64,000 nt of DNA from an uncultured delta proteobacterium. Its GTDB lineage: Bacteria > Myxococcota > Kuafuiibacteriia > Kuafuiibacteriales > Kuafuiibacteriaceae. Under the pieces are notes generated by a model, which saw nothing but the letters and a program-made list of their open reading frames with translations, was not told the DNA's origin and made no database searches. The stretch is taken from positions 128,001-192,000 of the forward strand of contig CAWDML010000008.1 in the NCBI GenBank assembly GCA_963803435.1, read 5' to 3'. A program made the position numbers and the translations under genes. Below, one piece after another: positions 36,786 through 46,412 of the stretch (positions are counted from its first letter, which is position 1; every line of letters begins with the position of its first letter).

Positions 36786-36811
36786 TCTCGGCGGGTGTGG
36801 ACTCGTGTTGC
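36786..36811 (-). promoter_or_regulatory. Sigma28-like promoter, GCAACA-N13-GCCGAGA
   Basis: GCAACAcgagtccacacccGCCGAGA, 27 nt upstream of the GTG at 36759. Confidence 0.55.
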
Positions 36812-36842
36812 CGATCTCTGCACCGGTCAGATATCCGACGGC

Positions 36843-39548
36843 ATGGCCCACTCCTCGCGGCTCCTCCTGGTGGGCATCGCCTGCTGTGCATCGGGCTCGA
36901 ACCCCAAGACGCTCGACGGCGATCCGCCGCCCCCTCCGCCGCAGAAGGCCGGTCCGGCTTCGACGACCACCGGCAACGGCGTCACCGGGAAGACGCCGCG
37001 GATGGTGGCGACGCACTACGACGAGTGTCCGGCAGGCGGGAGCCTCGAGGTGCCGATCGCGATCGAGGATCGGGCGAAGGTTGCCCGCGATCCGCCGCTC
37101 ACCGCGTTCGTGGTGCCGGTCGCGAAGCAAGCCAACCTGCGCTCGCTCGCCGGCATCGGGGTCATGGACGAGGCCGGCCGGCGCCTGCCCGCGCAGCTCG
37201 AGGTGCTCAGCCGTTGGGGCGGCGCGCCCGACGACTGTGAGCATCCGATCCGGTACGCCTACGCGCGCGTCTCTGCCGTTCCCGAGCCGGGGCACCGCGT
37301 GGAGTGGAAGGTGGCGACCGGCACCGACGCGGGCGAGATGTCGCCGCTGACGCTCGAGACCTCCAAGTCGGCGTGGATCATCGACACCGGCGTGGCCCGC
37401 TTCACGGTGCGGCGCGACCGGTTCGAGGGCCTCTCCAAGGTTGAGCTGCCCAAGGACGGGGGCGGCTATGATCTGGTGAGCCAGCTCCGCCGGGAGAGCG
37501 GCCAGAGCAGCTTCTTCATCGATCACGACGGCGCGCTCCACCGGATCAGCGAGGCAGAGATCTGGAAGCTCGAGCTGGAGCGCAGCGGGCCCCAGGTCGT
37601 GACGGTGGTGGCGCGCGGCTACTATCCGGGTGTCGCCAAGAACCGGCGCGGGAAGGGTCCGAACGCCACCCGGGGGCTCGGCATCACCGTGCGGCTCCAC
37701 TTCTACGCGCGGTCGTCGATCGTGCGCGTCGAGCAGACTTACTATTACGGCGCCGTCGCTGACTGGAGCGCCACCGGCCTCACGAACACGACGGTGGTCC
37801 AGCGCGCCTGGATGACGGTGCCGCTGGTGGAGCCGGCCGAGAAGGTCTACGCGCGGGCCGACGAGAAGATCTACACGCGCGATCCCAAGGAGGTCATTCA
37901 GGTCGAGCAGAAGAAGCGGACGCCCGACCAGCAGGCGCTGGCGTACGCGATCTCGTCGGGCGACGACGACCTCGAGACGGGCGAGTCGGCCCGCCACCCG
38001 TTCCTGGCCGTCACCAGCAAGCGGTTCTATGCGATGGCGACGATCGCACGGATGGCCGTGCGCGAGCCGCAGGGCTTCACGTGGAGCAATCAGCTCAACG
38101 CGCTCGACGTCGACTTCACCAGCGCGCCCATCCAGGTGGGCGCGGCGCGCGGGATCTGGAGCGTGGCCGCTCTCGACTTCGGGCGCGGCACGCCCAGCGA
38201 GTCGCGCGCCGCCGCGCTTCAGCTCTTCGCGGAGCGCCCGCTCCTCGGCGCGCCCACGCCGGCCTACCTCAACACCACGCAGACGCTCGGGCCCTATGCG
38301 ACGCAGTCGAGCGGAGCGGCCGGCGTGTACGAGGCGCTGGTGAGGAAGCTCCACGCGAACACGATCGAGTATCTGAAGAAGGTGCGGATCTCCGGTCTCC
38401 AGATCTGGCCCGATCTCCCCTCGGGCTCCTGCGATCTGGAGTACGACTGCCCTTCCTGGGCCGACCGTTACTACGGCGGCGGCGACAACAACTACTGGAA
38501 CTGGTCCAAGCCTGGCATCGACGAGTTCTTCCGGACGGCGGACGACGATCTCATCTACGACTTCTCCCTCGGCGAAGCGATGACCTATGTCGAGACACTG
38601 GCGGTTCGACCGGACCACCACTGGCTGGGCGACTCGTCGGTGGCCGGGCTGGCACCCTGCTACGGGGACGCTACCGGCTATGACAGCCGCTACGTCGAGG
38701 GGACGAACAACCGCCGCGATCGATGTCCCGCCGACTACGCGTACGACAAGACCCTTGAAGTCGCGTTCCTCGCCACCGGCGACTTCCGCTTCATCGATTT
38801 CTTCGAAGAGGCCGGCGCTGCGGTGGTCAACACGTTCGGTGAGCCGCCGAAGATCCCTCAGCCGTATCTCGAGCTGAACCTGTCTCGGCTCTCCACGCAG
38901 CGCCTCGAGCTGCTCGCCGACGGCGCGGAGTTCGGCCGCGATCCCAAGGTGGGCGCGCTCCTCCGTGCCAAGCTGCGCGCGTATGTCGATCACATGGTCG
39001 GGCGGACGCTGGTCGACGGAAACGCCTGCGAGGTGGGCGGCACCGGACATCACGACGTGACGGAGACGGGGGAGTGCAACAGCGTGGTCGCCTGGATGAT
39101 GCCGGTCGGGACGGAGTGGGCCATCCGGACCTCGCAGATCCTCGATCACGAGCCCCTCTTCCGCTGGGTGCTGCGGTACGGCGTGGTCGCCGCCAAGAAC
39201 CACAGCGGCGCCGAGAACCCGGCCGCGGGCCGTGATTGGCGCGTCGGCTACACCTGCAGGATCTCGAAGAAGGGCGAGGCGGGGCCGTGCAAGCTCTGGA
39301 GCGAGGGCGAGAACGACGCGCGCTTCTATCCGAACGGGGCGCTCGCCTATCTCAACATCTTCGGTCTGGTGCTCGGGGCGGATCCGAGCGACCCCGACCA
39401 CATCTGCGACTGGCTGCCCGGCGTGTACCGGAGCCGGATCGGCGATCTGGGCTTCGGCGACATCAACGGCAACGTCTGGGGCAAGGGGTCAGGCCAGGCG
39501 CTCGCATTCTCTGCGGAGGCGGTGGCCGCGCTCCAGACGTGCAAGTGA
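36843..39548 (+). CDS. Large secreted or lipoprotein hypothetical, possibly PcRGLX/YetA-like (beta domains plus alpha-barrel)
   Basis: Signal/lipobox-like N-terminus, LPAQLEVLSRW, IDTGVARFTV, ERSGPQV and FLATGDFRF. The family assignment is tentative. Confidence 0.6.
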   Translation: MAHSSRLLLVGIACCASGSNPKTLDGDPPPPPPQKAGPASTTTGNGVTGKTPRMVATHYDECPAGGSLEVPIAIEDRAKVARDPPLTAFVVPVAKQANLRSLAGIGVMDEAGRRLPAQLEVLSRWGGAPDDCEHPIRYAYARVSAVPEPGHRVEWKVATGTDAGEMSPLTLETSKSAWIIDTGVARFTVRRDRFEGLSKVELPKDGGGYDLVSQLRRESGQSSFFIDHDGALHRISEAEIWKLELERSGPQVVTVVARGYYPGVAKNRRGKGPNATRGLGITVRLHFYARSSIVRVEQTYYYGAVADWSATGLTNTTVVQRAWMTVPLVEPAEKVYARADEKIYTRDPKEVIQVEQKKRTPDQQALAYAISSGDDDLETGESARHPFLAVTSKRFYAMATIARMAVREPQGFTWSNQLNALDVDFTSAPIQVGAARGIWSVAALDFGRGTPSESRAAALQLFAERPLLGAPTPAYLNTTQTLGPYATQSSGAAGVYEALVRKLHANTIEYLKKVRISGLQIWPDLPSGSCDLEYDCPSWADRYYGGGDNNYWNWSKPGIDEFFRTADDDLIYDFSLGEAMTYVETLAVRPDHHWLGDSSVAGLAPCYGDATGYDSRYVEGTNNRRDRCPADYAYDKTLEVAFLATGDFRFIDFFEEAGAAVVNTFGEPPKIPQPYLELNLSRLSTQRLELLADGAEFGRDPKVGALLRAKLRAYVDHMVGRTLVDGNACEVGGTGHHDVTETGECNSVVAWMMPVGTEWAIRTSQILDHEPLFRWVLRYGVVAAKNHSGAENPAAGRDWRVGYTCRISKKGEAGPCKLWSEGENDARFYPNGALAYLNIFGLVLGADPSDPDHICDWLPGVYRSRIGDLGFGDINGNVWGKGSGQALAFSAEAVAALQTCK

Positions 39549-39578
39549 GGGGAACGCAACTTGAAGCACCGTGAGTCG

Positions 39579-40163
39579 ATGCTGAGCACGTACCGGGAGA
39601 AGCGCAACTTTGGTCGCACGCCGGAGCCGTCCGGGGATCGCGCCGCCGGGGAGGGCGAAGGCTGGAGCTTCGTGGTCCAGAAGCACGCCGCTCGGCGTCT
39701 CCACTACGACTTCCGTCTCGAGCTCGACGGCGTGCTCTTGAGCTGGGCGGTCCCTAAGGGGCCGAGCCTCGATCCCAAGCAGCGACGGCTGGCGATGCGG
39801 ACCGAGGACCATCCGCTCGACTACGCCGACTTCGAGGGCGTGATCCCCGAGGGCGAGTACGGCGGGGGTGCGGTCATCGTGTGGGATCGCGGGCGCTGGC
39901 GGCCCGAGGAGGATGCGGCGGAGGGCCTCGCGAAGGGACGCCTCAAGTTCGAGCTGATCGGCGAGAAGCTGCGCGGCTCGTGGCGGCTGATCCGGACCGC
40001 GAGCGGCAAGGACGGGCGCGAGCGCTGGCTGCTGTTCAAGGCGCGGGACGAGGCCGCCACCTCGGAGGTCGACCTGGTCGAGACCCGACCCGAGAGCGTG
40101 ATCAGCGGACGGACCCTCGAGGAGGTCGCGAGCGATCCGGGTCAGTACGGATTCTCGCGATAG
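39579..40163 (+). CDS. Stand-alone LigD 3'-phosphoesterase domain protein
   Basis: YREKRNFGRTPEP, FVVQKHAARRLHYDFRLE, SWAVPKGP, TEDHPLDY and YGGGAVIVWD. No ligase or polymerase domain. Confidence 0.92.
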   Translation: MLSTYREKRNFGRTPEPSGDRAAGEGEGWSFVVQKHAARRLHYDFRLELDGVLLSWAVPKGPSLDPKQRRLAMRTEDHPLDYADFEGVIPEGEYGGGAVIVWDRGRWRPEEDAAEGLAKGRLKFELIGEKLRGSWRLIRTASGKDGRERWLLFKARDEAATSEVDLVETRPESVISGRTLEEVASDPGQYGFSR

Positions 40164-41467
40164 TTCGGCGGCAGGTCGCGATCGCCCGCGCGACCGCGAT
40201 GGCCTGCGCGCTTTCTGTGGTGCCGGGCCGCCTTCTTCAGCGGCTCTGGCGTGCGGCGTGCGGGCGGCATGGGGACGCCGGCGGATCCTGGCGGCTCGGG
40301 GGCGATCGGTTCCCGCCGCTTCAGCACGTACACCAGCGTCGTCAGCGCGATCATGAACCCGAGCGCGGCCAGCAGCAACGGGAGCGCTGCGGGCGCGCTG
40401 CGTCTCGGCTGCACTCTCCCCGTGGGCTCCGGCATCACCGCTCCCAGCGGAGTGGGCTCGTCGCCCATCGGCTCCCGGAAGGCGACCTCGCGCAGCGCCG
40501 GAGCCGCCGAGGACCCGGAGAGACTCTCACCGCTGATCAGCTTCTGGGCCTCCTTCAAGCGCTCGATGACCACGTCCATCGACGGGAAGCGATCCTCACG
40601 GCGCTTCTTCAGGCAGGTGTGGATGATGCTGGCGAGCTCGGGGGGACAATCGGCGTCAGGATTCAGCTCGCTGATCGCCGGGACCGGGACGTGGACGTGC
40701 TTGTAGATGACGTCGACGCCGGTCGCTCCGGTGAACGGCGCTTTCCCGGTGATCATCTGGTAGAGGATGATCCCGAAGCTATAGATGTCGGTACGTGGAT
40801 CGAGCGGCCAGCCCTGGATCTGCTCGGGCGACATGTACTTCGGCGAGCCGAGCAGCGTGCCGGTCCGGGTGAGCTCCCCCTCGCTGTTGGCACGCGGGTT
40901 CGGCCCCGACGCGTTGTCCCGGGCGTTCTCGGGGGTAAACAGCTTCACCAGCCCGAAGTCGAGGACCTTGATGTACCCGCCACCGTCCTCCGTCGCCTCC
41001 TCGAGCACGAAGATGTTCCCAGGCTTGAGGTCGCGGTGGATGATCCCCTTCTCGTGCGCGGCTCGGAGCGCGCGGCAGATCTGGATCGAGAGGTGGAGCG
41101 CATCTTCGGCGGTGAACGGGCCGTCCATGCGGATGATGTGCGAGAGCGGACGGCCGCGCAGGTACTCCATCGCGATGTACAGATCCCCGTCCTTCGACTC
41201 GCCGTAGTCGAAGACCGTGATCGTGTGCGGGTTGGAGAGCTGGGCGGCGATCGACGCCTCCAGGAAGAACCGCTTCACGAACTGCGGATCGCTCTGCTGG
41301 AACTCGCGGTTGAGGATCTTGATCGCGACCGGTCGTTCCAGCGGGAACTGGGTCGCCCGATAGACGCGGCCCATTCCGCCCTTCGCGATCAACTTGTCGA
41401 TGCGATACTTGGCGTCGAAGGTCTTCCCGATGTGCTCATCGAGCTTGCCTCCGTCCTCGAGATGCAC
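40142..41467 (-). CDS. Membrane Ser/Thr protein kinase
   Basis: KGGMGRVY, VAIK, HRDLKPGN, DFG, YMSPEQ and a C-terminal TM helix. Confidence 0.93.
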   Translation of the reverse strand: MHLEDGGKLDEHIGKTFDAKYRIDKLIAKGGMGRVYRATQFPLERPVAIKILNREFQQSDPQFVKRFFLEASIAAQLSNPHTITVFDYGESKDGDLYIAMEYLRGRPLSHIIRMDGPFTAEDALHLSIQICRALRAAHEKGIIHRDLKPGNIFVLEEATEDGGGYIKVLDFGLVKLFTPENARDNASGPNPRANSEGELTRTGTLLGSPKYMSPEQIQGWPLDPRTDIYSFGIILYQMITGKAPFTGATGVDVIYKHVHVPVPAISELNPDADCPPELASIIHTCLKKRREDRFPSMDVVIERLKEAQKLISGESLSGSSAAPALREVAFREPMGDEPTPLGAVMPEPTGRVQPRRSAPAALPLLLAALGFMIALTTLVYVLKRREPIAPEPPGSAGVPMPPARRTPEPLKKAARHHRKRAGHRGRAGDRDLPPNYRENPY

Positions 41468-41487
41468 GTTGCTTCCTCGACGCGCCC

Positions 41488-42045
41488 TCAGAGGTCTTCC
41501 CACGTGAAGCTGCCGTCACGGAAGTAGATTCGCACCGCCTTGCCGCGGAGTGCGTCTTCGTCCACCAATCCGAAGTATCGGCCGTCGAAGCTCTCGTCGC
41601 GGTTGTCGCCGAGCACCAGGAACTTGTGAGGAGGGATGGTGATCGGGCCGAGGTCGCGGCCCCCATGGGCCAGCGGGAGGCGATCCTCCATGGCCAGCGG
41701 GTGGCCGTCGATGCGCACGCGGCCGTCCTTCACCTCGATCCGATCGCCGGGCAGACCCATCAGGCGTTTGACCAACGTCCGCCCGTCGGCGGGCGACTCG
41801 AGGATGACGACGTCGCCCCGGGACGGGTGCCCGAAGCGCACCGCATACACGGAGGTGAACGGGACGCGCAGACCGAACGCGAGCTTGTTGACCAGGATGC
41901 GATCACCGACCTCGATCGTCGGTCGCATCGACTCGCTCGGGACCCGGTAGTGATCCGCCAGCGACGCTCGCGCCGAGCTCACCACCAGGATCAGAATCAA
42001 AAGCGACGCGCCCTCTTTCAGGCGCTTTCGCATCTTCTCGCCCAT
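41488..42045 (-). CDS. lepB: Signal peptidase I
   Basis: VPSESMRPT, GDRILVNK, LVKRLMGLPGD and GDNRDESFDGRYFG. Confidence 0.93.
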   Translation of the reverse strand: MGEKMRKRLKEGASLLILILVVSSARASLADHYRVPSESMRPTIEVGDRILVNKLAFGLRVPFTSVYAVRFGHPSRGDVVILESPADGRTLVKRLMGLPGDRIEVKDGRVRIDGHPLAMEDRLPLAHGGRDLGPITIPPHKFLVLGDNRDESFDGRYFGLVDEDALRGKAVRIYFRDGSFTWEDL

Positions 42046-44265
42046 TCAGCCCGTCTCCTTGCGGGAAACCGCCGGACCTCGCCGTTTGTTCCTCTTCGGC
42101 CGCTCGTGCCGGTTCCTGCGCGTCTTGGTCCTCGTGGCTCCATCCTGCGCCGGGCGCTCGACCAAGCGCAACTCGACCTTGCGACGGGACACGTGGGCCG
42201 CGGCGATTTGGGCCCGGACGCGGTCGCCGAGGGCAAAGATGCGGCCCGTCCGCTGCCCGACCAGGGTCGCACCGAACTCGTCGACCTCGTAGAAGTCGTC
42301 GGGTAGGGCCTGGACCGGAATGAGGCCTTCGATGAACGGGTTGTCGACCATCACGAACATCCCGAACGCGGCGATGCCGGTGATCGTGCCGTCGAGCTCC
42401 TCACCGAGGTGATCGCGGGCGATCAACGTCCGATCCAGATCCATGCAATCGCGCTCGGCGATCATGGCGCGTCGCTCCGCCACCGAGCTGGCGAGCGCGA
42501 TCTCCTGCAGCCGGTGGAAGTCGTAGGCGCCTTCCTGGCCGGCGACGCTCTGCTTGAGCAGGCGATGCACGATCAGATCGGGATAGCGCCGGATCGGGGA
42601 CGTGAAGTGCAGGTAGGCCTTGGAGGCCAGCCCGAAGTGTCCCTTGCACTCTGCGTCGTAGCGCGCTTGCTTGAGCGAGCGCAGCAGGAGCCCGTGGAGC
42701 GCCTTGCCTTGGGGATGAAGCGAGATGGACTCGAGCAGCTGAGCGACCTCGCCGGGGCTCGGCTCCTCCGAGAGCTTGACGTCCACGCCCAGCCGCTCGC
42801 AGAGCCCGGCGAAGAGCTCGAGCTTCGCGGGATCCGGATCCTCGTGTACGCGGAAGACGGTCGGCAGATCGCGATCGAGGAAGTACTGCGCGACCGCCTC
42901 ATTGGCGGCCAGCATCAGCTCCTCGATGAGCCGGTGGGCGTCGTTGCGCGGTCGCGGGTGCGAGGAGACCGGACGTCCCTCCGGATCGAAGTCGATCTCG
43001 GCCTCGGGCAGGTCCAGATCGATCGCGCCGCGCTTGATCCTCCGCTCGAAGAGTTTGTTCGCAACGCGGGAGAGCAGCAGGAGCGTTGGCAGCAGCTTGG
43101 CGCACTCCTCGTCCGGTTCGCCCTCGAGGGCCCGCGCGACGCGCGTGTAGGTCAACCGAGCTTGCGAACGCATCACGGCGCGATCGAATCGCGCCGACAG
43201 GATGCGCCCGGTCTTGTCGACCGAGAGCTCGGCGAGCATGCAGAGCCGGTCCACCTGCGGCTTCAGCGAGCAAAGGCCGTTCGAGAGCGGCTCCGGAAGC
43301 ATCGGGATGGCTCGGTCCGTCAGGTACGTGCTGGTGCCCCGGCGGAAGGCCTCGACGTCGAGCGGCGTCCCTACGCGCACGTAGTGGGACACGTCGGCGA
43401 TGGCGACGAAGAGGCGGTACCCGGAGCCGTCGCGCTCGGCCCCGACGGCGTCGTCGAAGTCGCGGGCGTTCTCTCCGTCGATCGTCACGAGCGTGAGGTT
43501 CTTGAGGTCGCGGCGGCCGCGCATGTCCTCCTGGGTCGGTGCATCGCCGAAGGCGCTCGCCTCCCCCTCGACCTCGTCCGGGAACGGGACGTCGAGGTCG
43601 TGCTCGATCATCAGGCGCTTCACCTCGGTCGACCGCTCGCCCGGCTTGCCGAGAACCTGCAACACCTTGCCGATGGGAGGGGTCTTGCCGGGCACGCCGT
43701 GCTCGAGGACCTGGAGCTCGACCAGCTCGCCGTCGGTCGCCTCGCCGGCGTCGCCCGGGCGAATCGTGACGCTGGTGAGCCGGCGCCGGAAGCCGCCGTT
43801 CTGGTCGAGGTCGGTCTCGACGAACATGGCCCGGCCCACCCTGCGGAACTTGCCGACCAGGCGGCGTCGCGGCCGCTCGAGGACCTCGACGACGCGCACG
43901 AACAGGCGGCCCCGGCGGTCCCCGGGGACCACCTCTCCCCGGATGCGATCGCCCGGGGCCAGGCTGCCGGCTTCGTCGGGGAGGAGCGGCAGCGGATCGC
44001 GACGCTTCCCATCGTCGGGGTGCAGGATCAGCCGCCCGCGCGGATCGGCTTCGACCGTGCCCTCCATGGCCTGTCCAGCCCGCGACATCCGGTAGGAGCG
44101 CCCGTGGAGCCGCTCGATGATTCCCCGGCGGACCAGCGACTTGAGGATTCTCTTGGCGCTCTTCTCCTTCTTCGGAGAGGCCCCGGCCCGCCGGAGGAGC
44201 TCGTTTTGATGAAAGGCGCGGGTCGGCTCCGCCGACAGGATCGCGAGAAACGCTTCGTCGTCCAT
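42046..44265 (-). CDS. rnr: Ribonuclease R
   Basis: TIDGENARDFDDA, AIADVSHYV, LIEELMLAAN, HFTSPIRRYPDL, an S1 domain and a basic tail. Confidence 0.95.
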   Translation of the reverse strand: MDDEAFLAILSAEPTRAFHQNELLRRAGASPKKEKSAKRILKSLVRRGIIERLHGRSYRMSRAGQAMEGTVEADPRGRLILHPDDGKRRDPLPLLPDEAGSLAPGDRIRGEVVPGDRRGRLFVRVVEVLERPRRRLVGKFRRVGRAMFVETDLDQNGGFRRRLTSVTIRPGDAGEATDGELVELQVLEHGVPGKTPPIGKVLQVLGKPGERSTEVKRLMIEHDLDVPFPDEVEGEASAFGDAPTQEDMRGRRDLKNLTLVTIDGENARDFDDAVGAERDGSGYRLFVAIADVSHYVRVGTPLDVEAFRRGTSTYLTDRAIPMLPEPLSNGLCSLKPQVDRLCMLAELSVDKTGRILSARFDRAVMRSQARLTYTRVARALEGEPDEECAKLLPTLLLLSRVANKLFERRIKRGAIDLDLPEAEIDFDPEGRPVSSHPRPRNDAHRLIEELMLAANEAVAQYFLDRDLPTVFRVHEDPDPAKLELFAGLCERLGVDVKLSEEPSPGEVAQLLESISLHPQGKALHGLLLRSLKQARYDAECKGHFGLASKAYLHFTSPIRRYPDLIVHRLLKQSVAGQEGAYDFHRLQEIALASSVAERRAMIAERDCMDLDRTLIARDHLGEELDGTITGIAAFGMFVMVDNPFIEGLIPVQALPDDFYEVDEFGATLVGQRTGRIFALGDRVRAQIAAAHVSRRKVELRLVERPAQDGATRTKTRRNRHERPKRNKRRGPAVSRKETG

Positions 44266-44345
44266 GAAGGGGGCAGACGTTGAACCATCCGGTCGATCCT
44301 TGTCGAGCGCCAGATGGCTCAGATCGGCGATACTCGGGGCGACGC

Positions 44346-46373
44346 ATGCGGATCCTGGATCCGGACCGATACCTGCCGGCGAGCGCCTCATCCGAGGAGC
44401 GGTGGCGGGCGCAACGCGTGTTGATCTACGCGGCGCTTCTCTCGCTTCAGGCGGTGGGCTTTGGAACCTTCTACCTGGTCCGCGGCATGTACGTGTTCGC
44501 GGCGGTGATCTTCTGCGGCGTGGTGTTCGGCGTCGCGACGGCGCTGGTGATGCGTGTGACCCGCTCCTCTCTCGTGAGCGGCTACTGGCTGCACTTCCAC
44601 GTGGCGTGGGTGCTGTGCTGGTTCACGTATCACACGGGGGTTCACGGGCCCTCGATGATCTGGTTCGCGCTCCTCCCGTTGCTCGCGCTGATGTCGAACG
44701 GGCGCCGCGCCGGGATCTTCTGGGCCTTGGTAAGCGGTGCCTGCGTCTCGGCGGTGTTCGGCCTCGACCTGGCGGGCCACGAGTTTCCGGTGTGGATCGA
44801 CCCGGCCTCGATGCAGATCGTCGAGTGGACCAGCATCCTCTCGATGATCGGCGGGACGTTCTGGGTGGTGATGACCTACGAGCGACACCAGGCCCAAACC
44901 ACGCACGAGCTGCAGACCGCCAACGAGCGCTTGACGGAGGCGTTGCAGCAGGCTGCCGCCGCCAGCCGAGTCAAGAGCGCGTTTCTCGCCAACACCAGTC
45001 ATGAGCTGCGCACGCCCATGAACGGTGTCGTCGGTATGACCAGCCTGCTGATGACGACGCCCCTCTCCAACGAGCAGCGCGAATACGCGGAGACGATCCA
45101 CGAGTCGGCCGAGTCGCTCCTGTCCGTCATCGACGAGATCCTCGACTTCTCCCAGCTCGACGCCGGGAAGCTGAAGCTGGCCCACCTCGAGTTCGACCTG
45201 CGCGAGCGGCTCGAGTCGTTGATCGCGCTGTTGGCCGAGCGCATCGGCGACAAGCCGCTCGACCTGGTCACGATCGTCGACGAGCACGTCCCGGAGCGCC
45301 TCATCGGCGACCCGGTTCGTCTCAACCAGGTGATCACCAACCTGGTCGACAACGCGCTCAAGTTCACGGACGGGGGTGAGGTAGTCCTCGAGATCGCGTG
45401 CGCAGCGGTTCGGGGGAGCGAGGTCGAGCTCCGGGTGTCGGTCCGCGACACGGGGATCGGGATCGCCGTCAGCGACCAGGGGACGATCTTCGAGCGTTTC
45501 ATGCAGGTCGACAGCTCGAGCAGGCGACGTTACGGAGGGACCGGTCTCGGCCTGGCGATCTCGAAGCAGCTCGTCGAGCGGATGGGCGGTCAGATCCAGG
45601 TCGAGAGCGCGCCGGGCGCAGGCAGCACATTCTCGTTCACCGCACGCCTCGAGCGTGCCGCCGACACCGAACGCTCGCGACGCCGCATCCGCATGACCGG
45701 ACGCGTGTTGATCGGGCCGATGCAGCCGGGCCTTCTCTCCTTCGTCGAGCGGGCGATGGCGGCCCGAGGTCTGACGCCGGTGCGCGCGGAGTCGGCGGCC
45801 GATCTGGAGGCCCGCCTGGGCGAGCTGGATCTCACCGTGGTCGATCTCGATCGGACACCCGTCCAGGGGCCGCGCCTGATCCGGTTATCGAGGCGCAAGG
45901 AGGGCGATCTCTCGAAGCCGGTCCGGGCCGCCCAGCTGGACGCGCTCCTGGAGCGGATCACGGCGACCGATCGCAAGACGGCTTGCAAGGTACTGGTCGT
46001 GGAGGACAACGCGGTGAACCAGCTGGTCGCCGCCACGATGATCGAGCGGCTGGGATACGCGGTCGAGGTGGTGGCGAGCGGACCGGAGGCCTTGGTCCGC
46101 TGCGAGATGCACGACTACGGTGTCATCGTCATGGACTGCCACATGCCCGGCATGGACGGCTTCGAGACGGCTGCCGAGATCCGACGCCGCGAGCGAGGCC
46201 GCGGCGCGCGCACCCCGATCATCGCGCTGACCGCGAGCGCCGCCAGCGAGTATCGCGCCCGCTGCCTCGACGCCGGGATGGACGACTTCCTCACCAAGCC
46301 GGTCGAGCTCGACACGATGCAGACGATCCTCCACCGCTGGGCCGAGCCTGGAGACCGCGGCCCTCAGCGCTGA
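44346..46373 (+). CDS. Membrane hybrid sensor histidine kinase/response regulator
   Basis: About six TM helices, FLANTSHELRTPMNG, NLVDNALKFT, DTGIGI, GGTGLGL and receiver MDCHMP. Confidence 0.93.
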   Translation: MRILDPDRYLPASASSEERWRAQRVLIYAALLSLQAVGFGTFYLVRGMYVFAAVIFCGVVFGVATALVMRVTRSSLVSGYWLHFHVAWVLCWFTYHTGVHGPSMIWFALLPLLALMSNGRRAGIFWALVSGACVSAVFGLDLAGHEFPVWIDPASMQIVEWTSILSMIGGTFWVVMTYERHQAQTTHELQTANERLTEALQQAAAASRVKSAFLANTSHELRTPMNGVVGMTSLLMTTPLSNEQREYAETIHESAESLLSVIDEILDFSQLDAGKLKLAHLEFDLRERLESLIALLAERIGDKPLDLVTIVDEHVPERLIGDPVRLNQVITNLVDNALKFTDGGEVVLEIACAAVRGSEVELRVSVRDTGIGIAVSDQGTIFERFMQVDSSSRRRYGGTGLGLAISKQLVERMGGQIQVESAPGAGSTFSFTARLERAADTERSRRRIRMTGRVLIGPMQPGLLSFVERAMAARGLTPVRAESAADLEARLGELDLTVVDLDRTPVQGPRLIRLSRRKEGDLSKPVRAAQLDALLERITATDRKTACKVLVVEDNAVNQLVAATMIERLGYAVEVVASGPEALVRCEMHDYGVIVMDCHMPGMDGFETAAEIRRRERGRGARTPIIALTASAASEYRARCLDAGMDDFLTKPVELDTMQTILHRWAEPGDRGPQR

Positions 46374-46412
46374 CGCGAAAGCCGCCGGCTGAGGCGGAAT
46401 CCCCCATGATCC

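Noticed and set aside
39579-40163. Truncated ligD pseudogene
   Set aside because: Stand-alone phosphoesterase-domain genes are a known form, and the ORF is intact with its motifs conserved.
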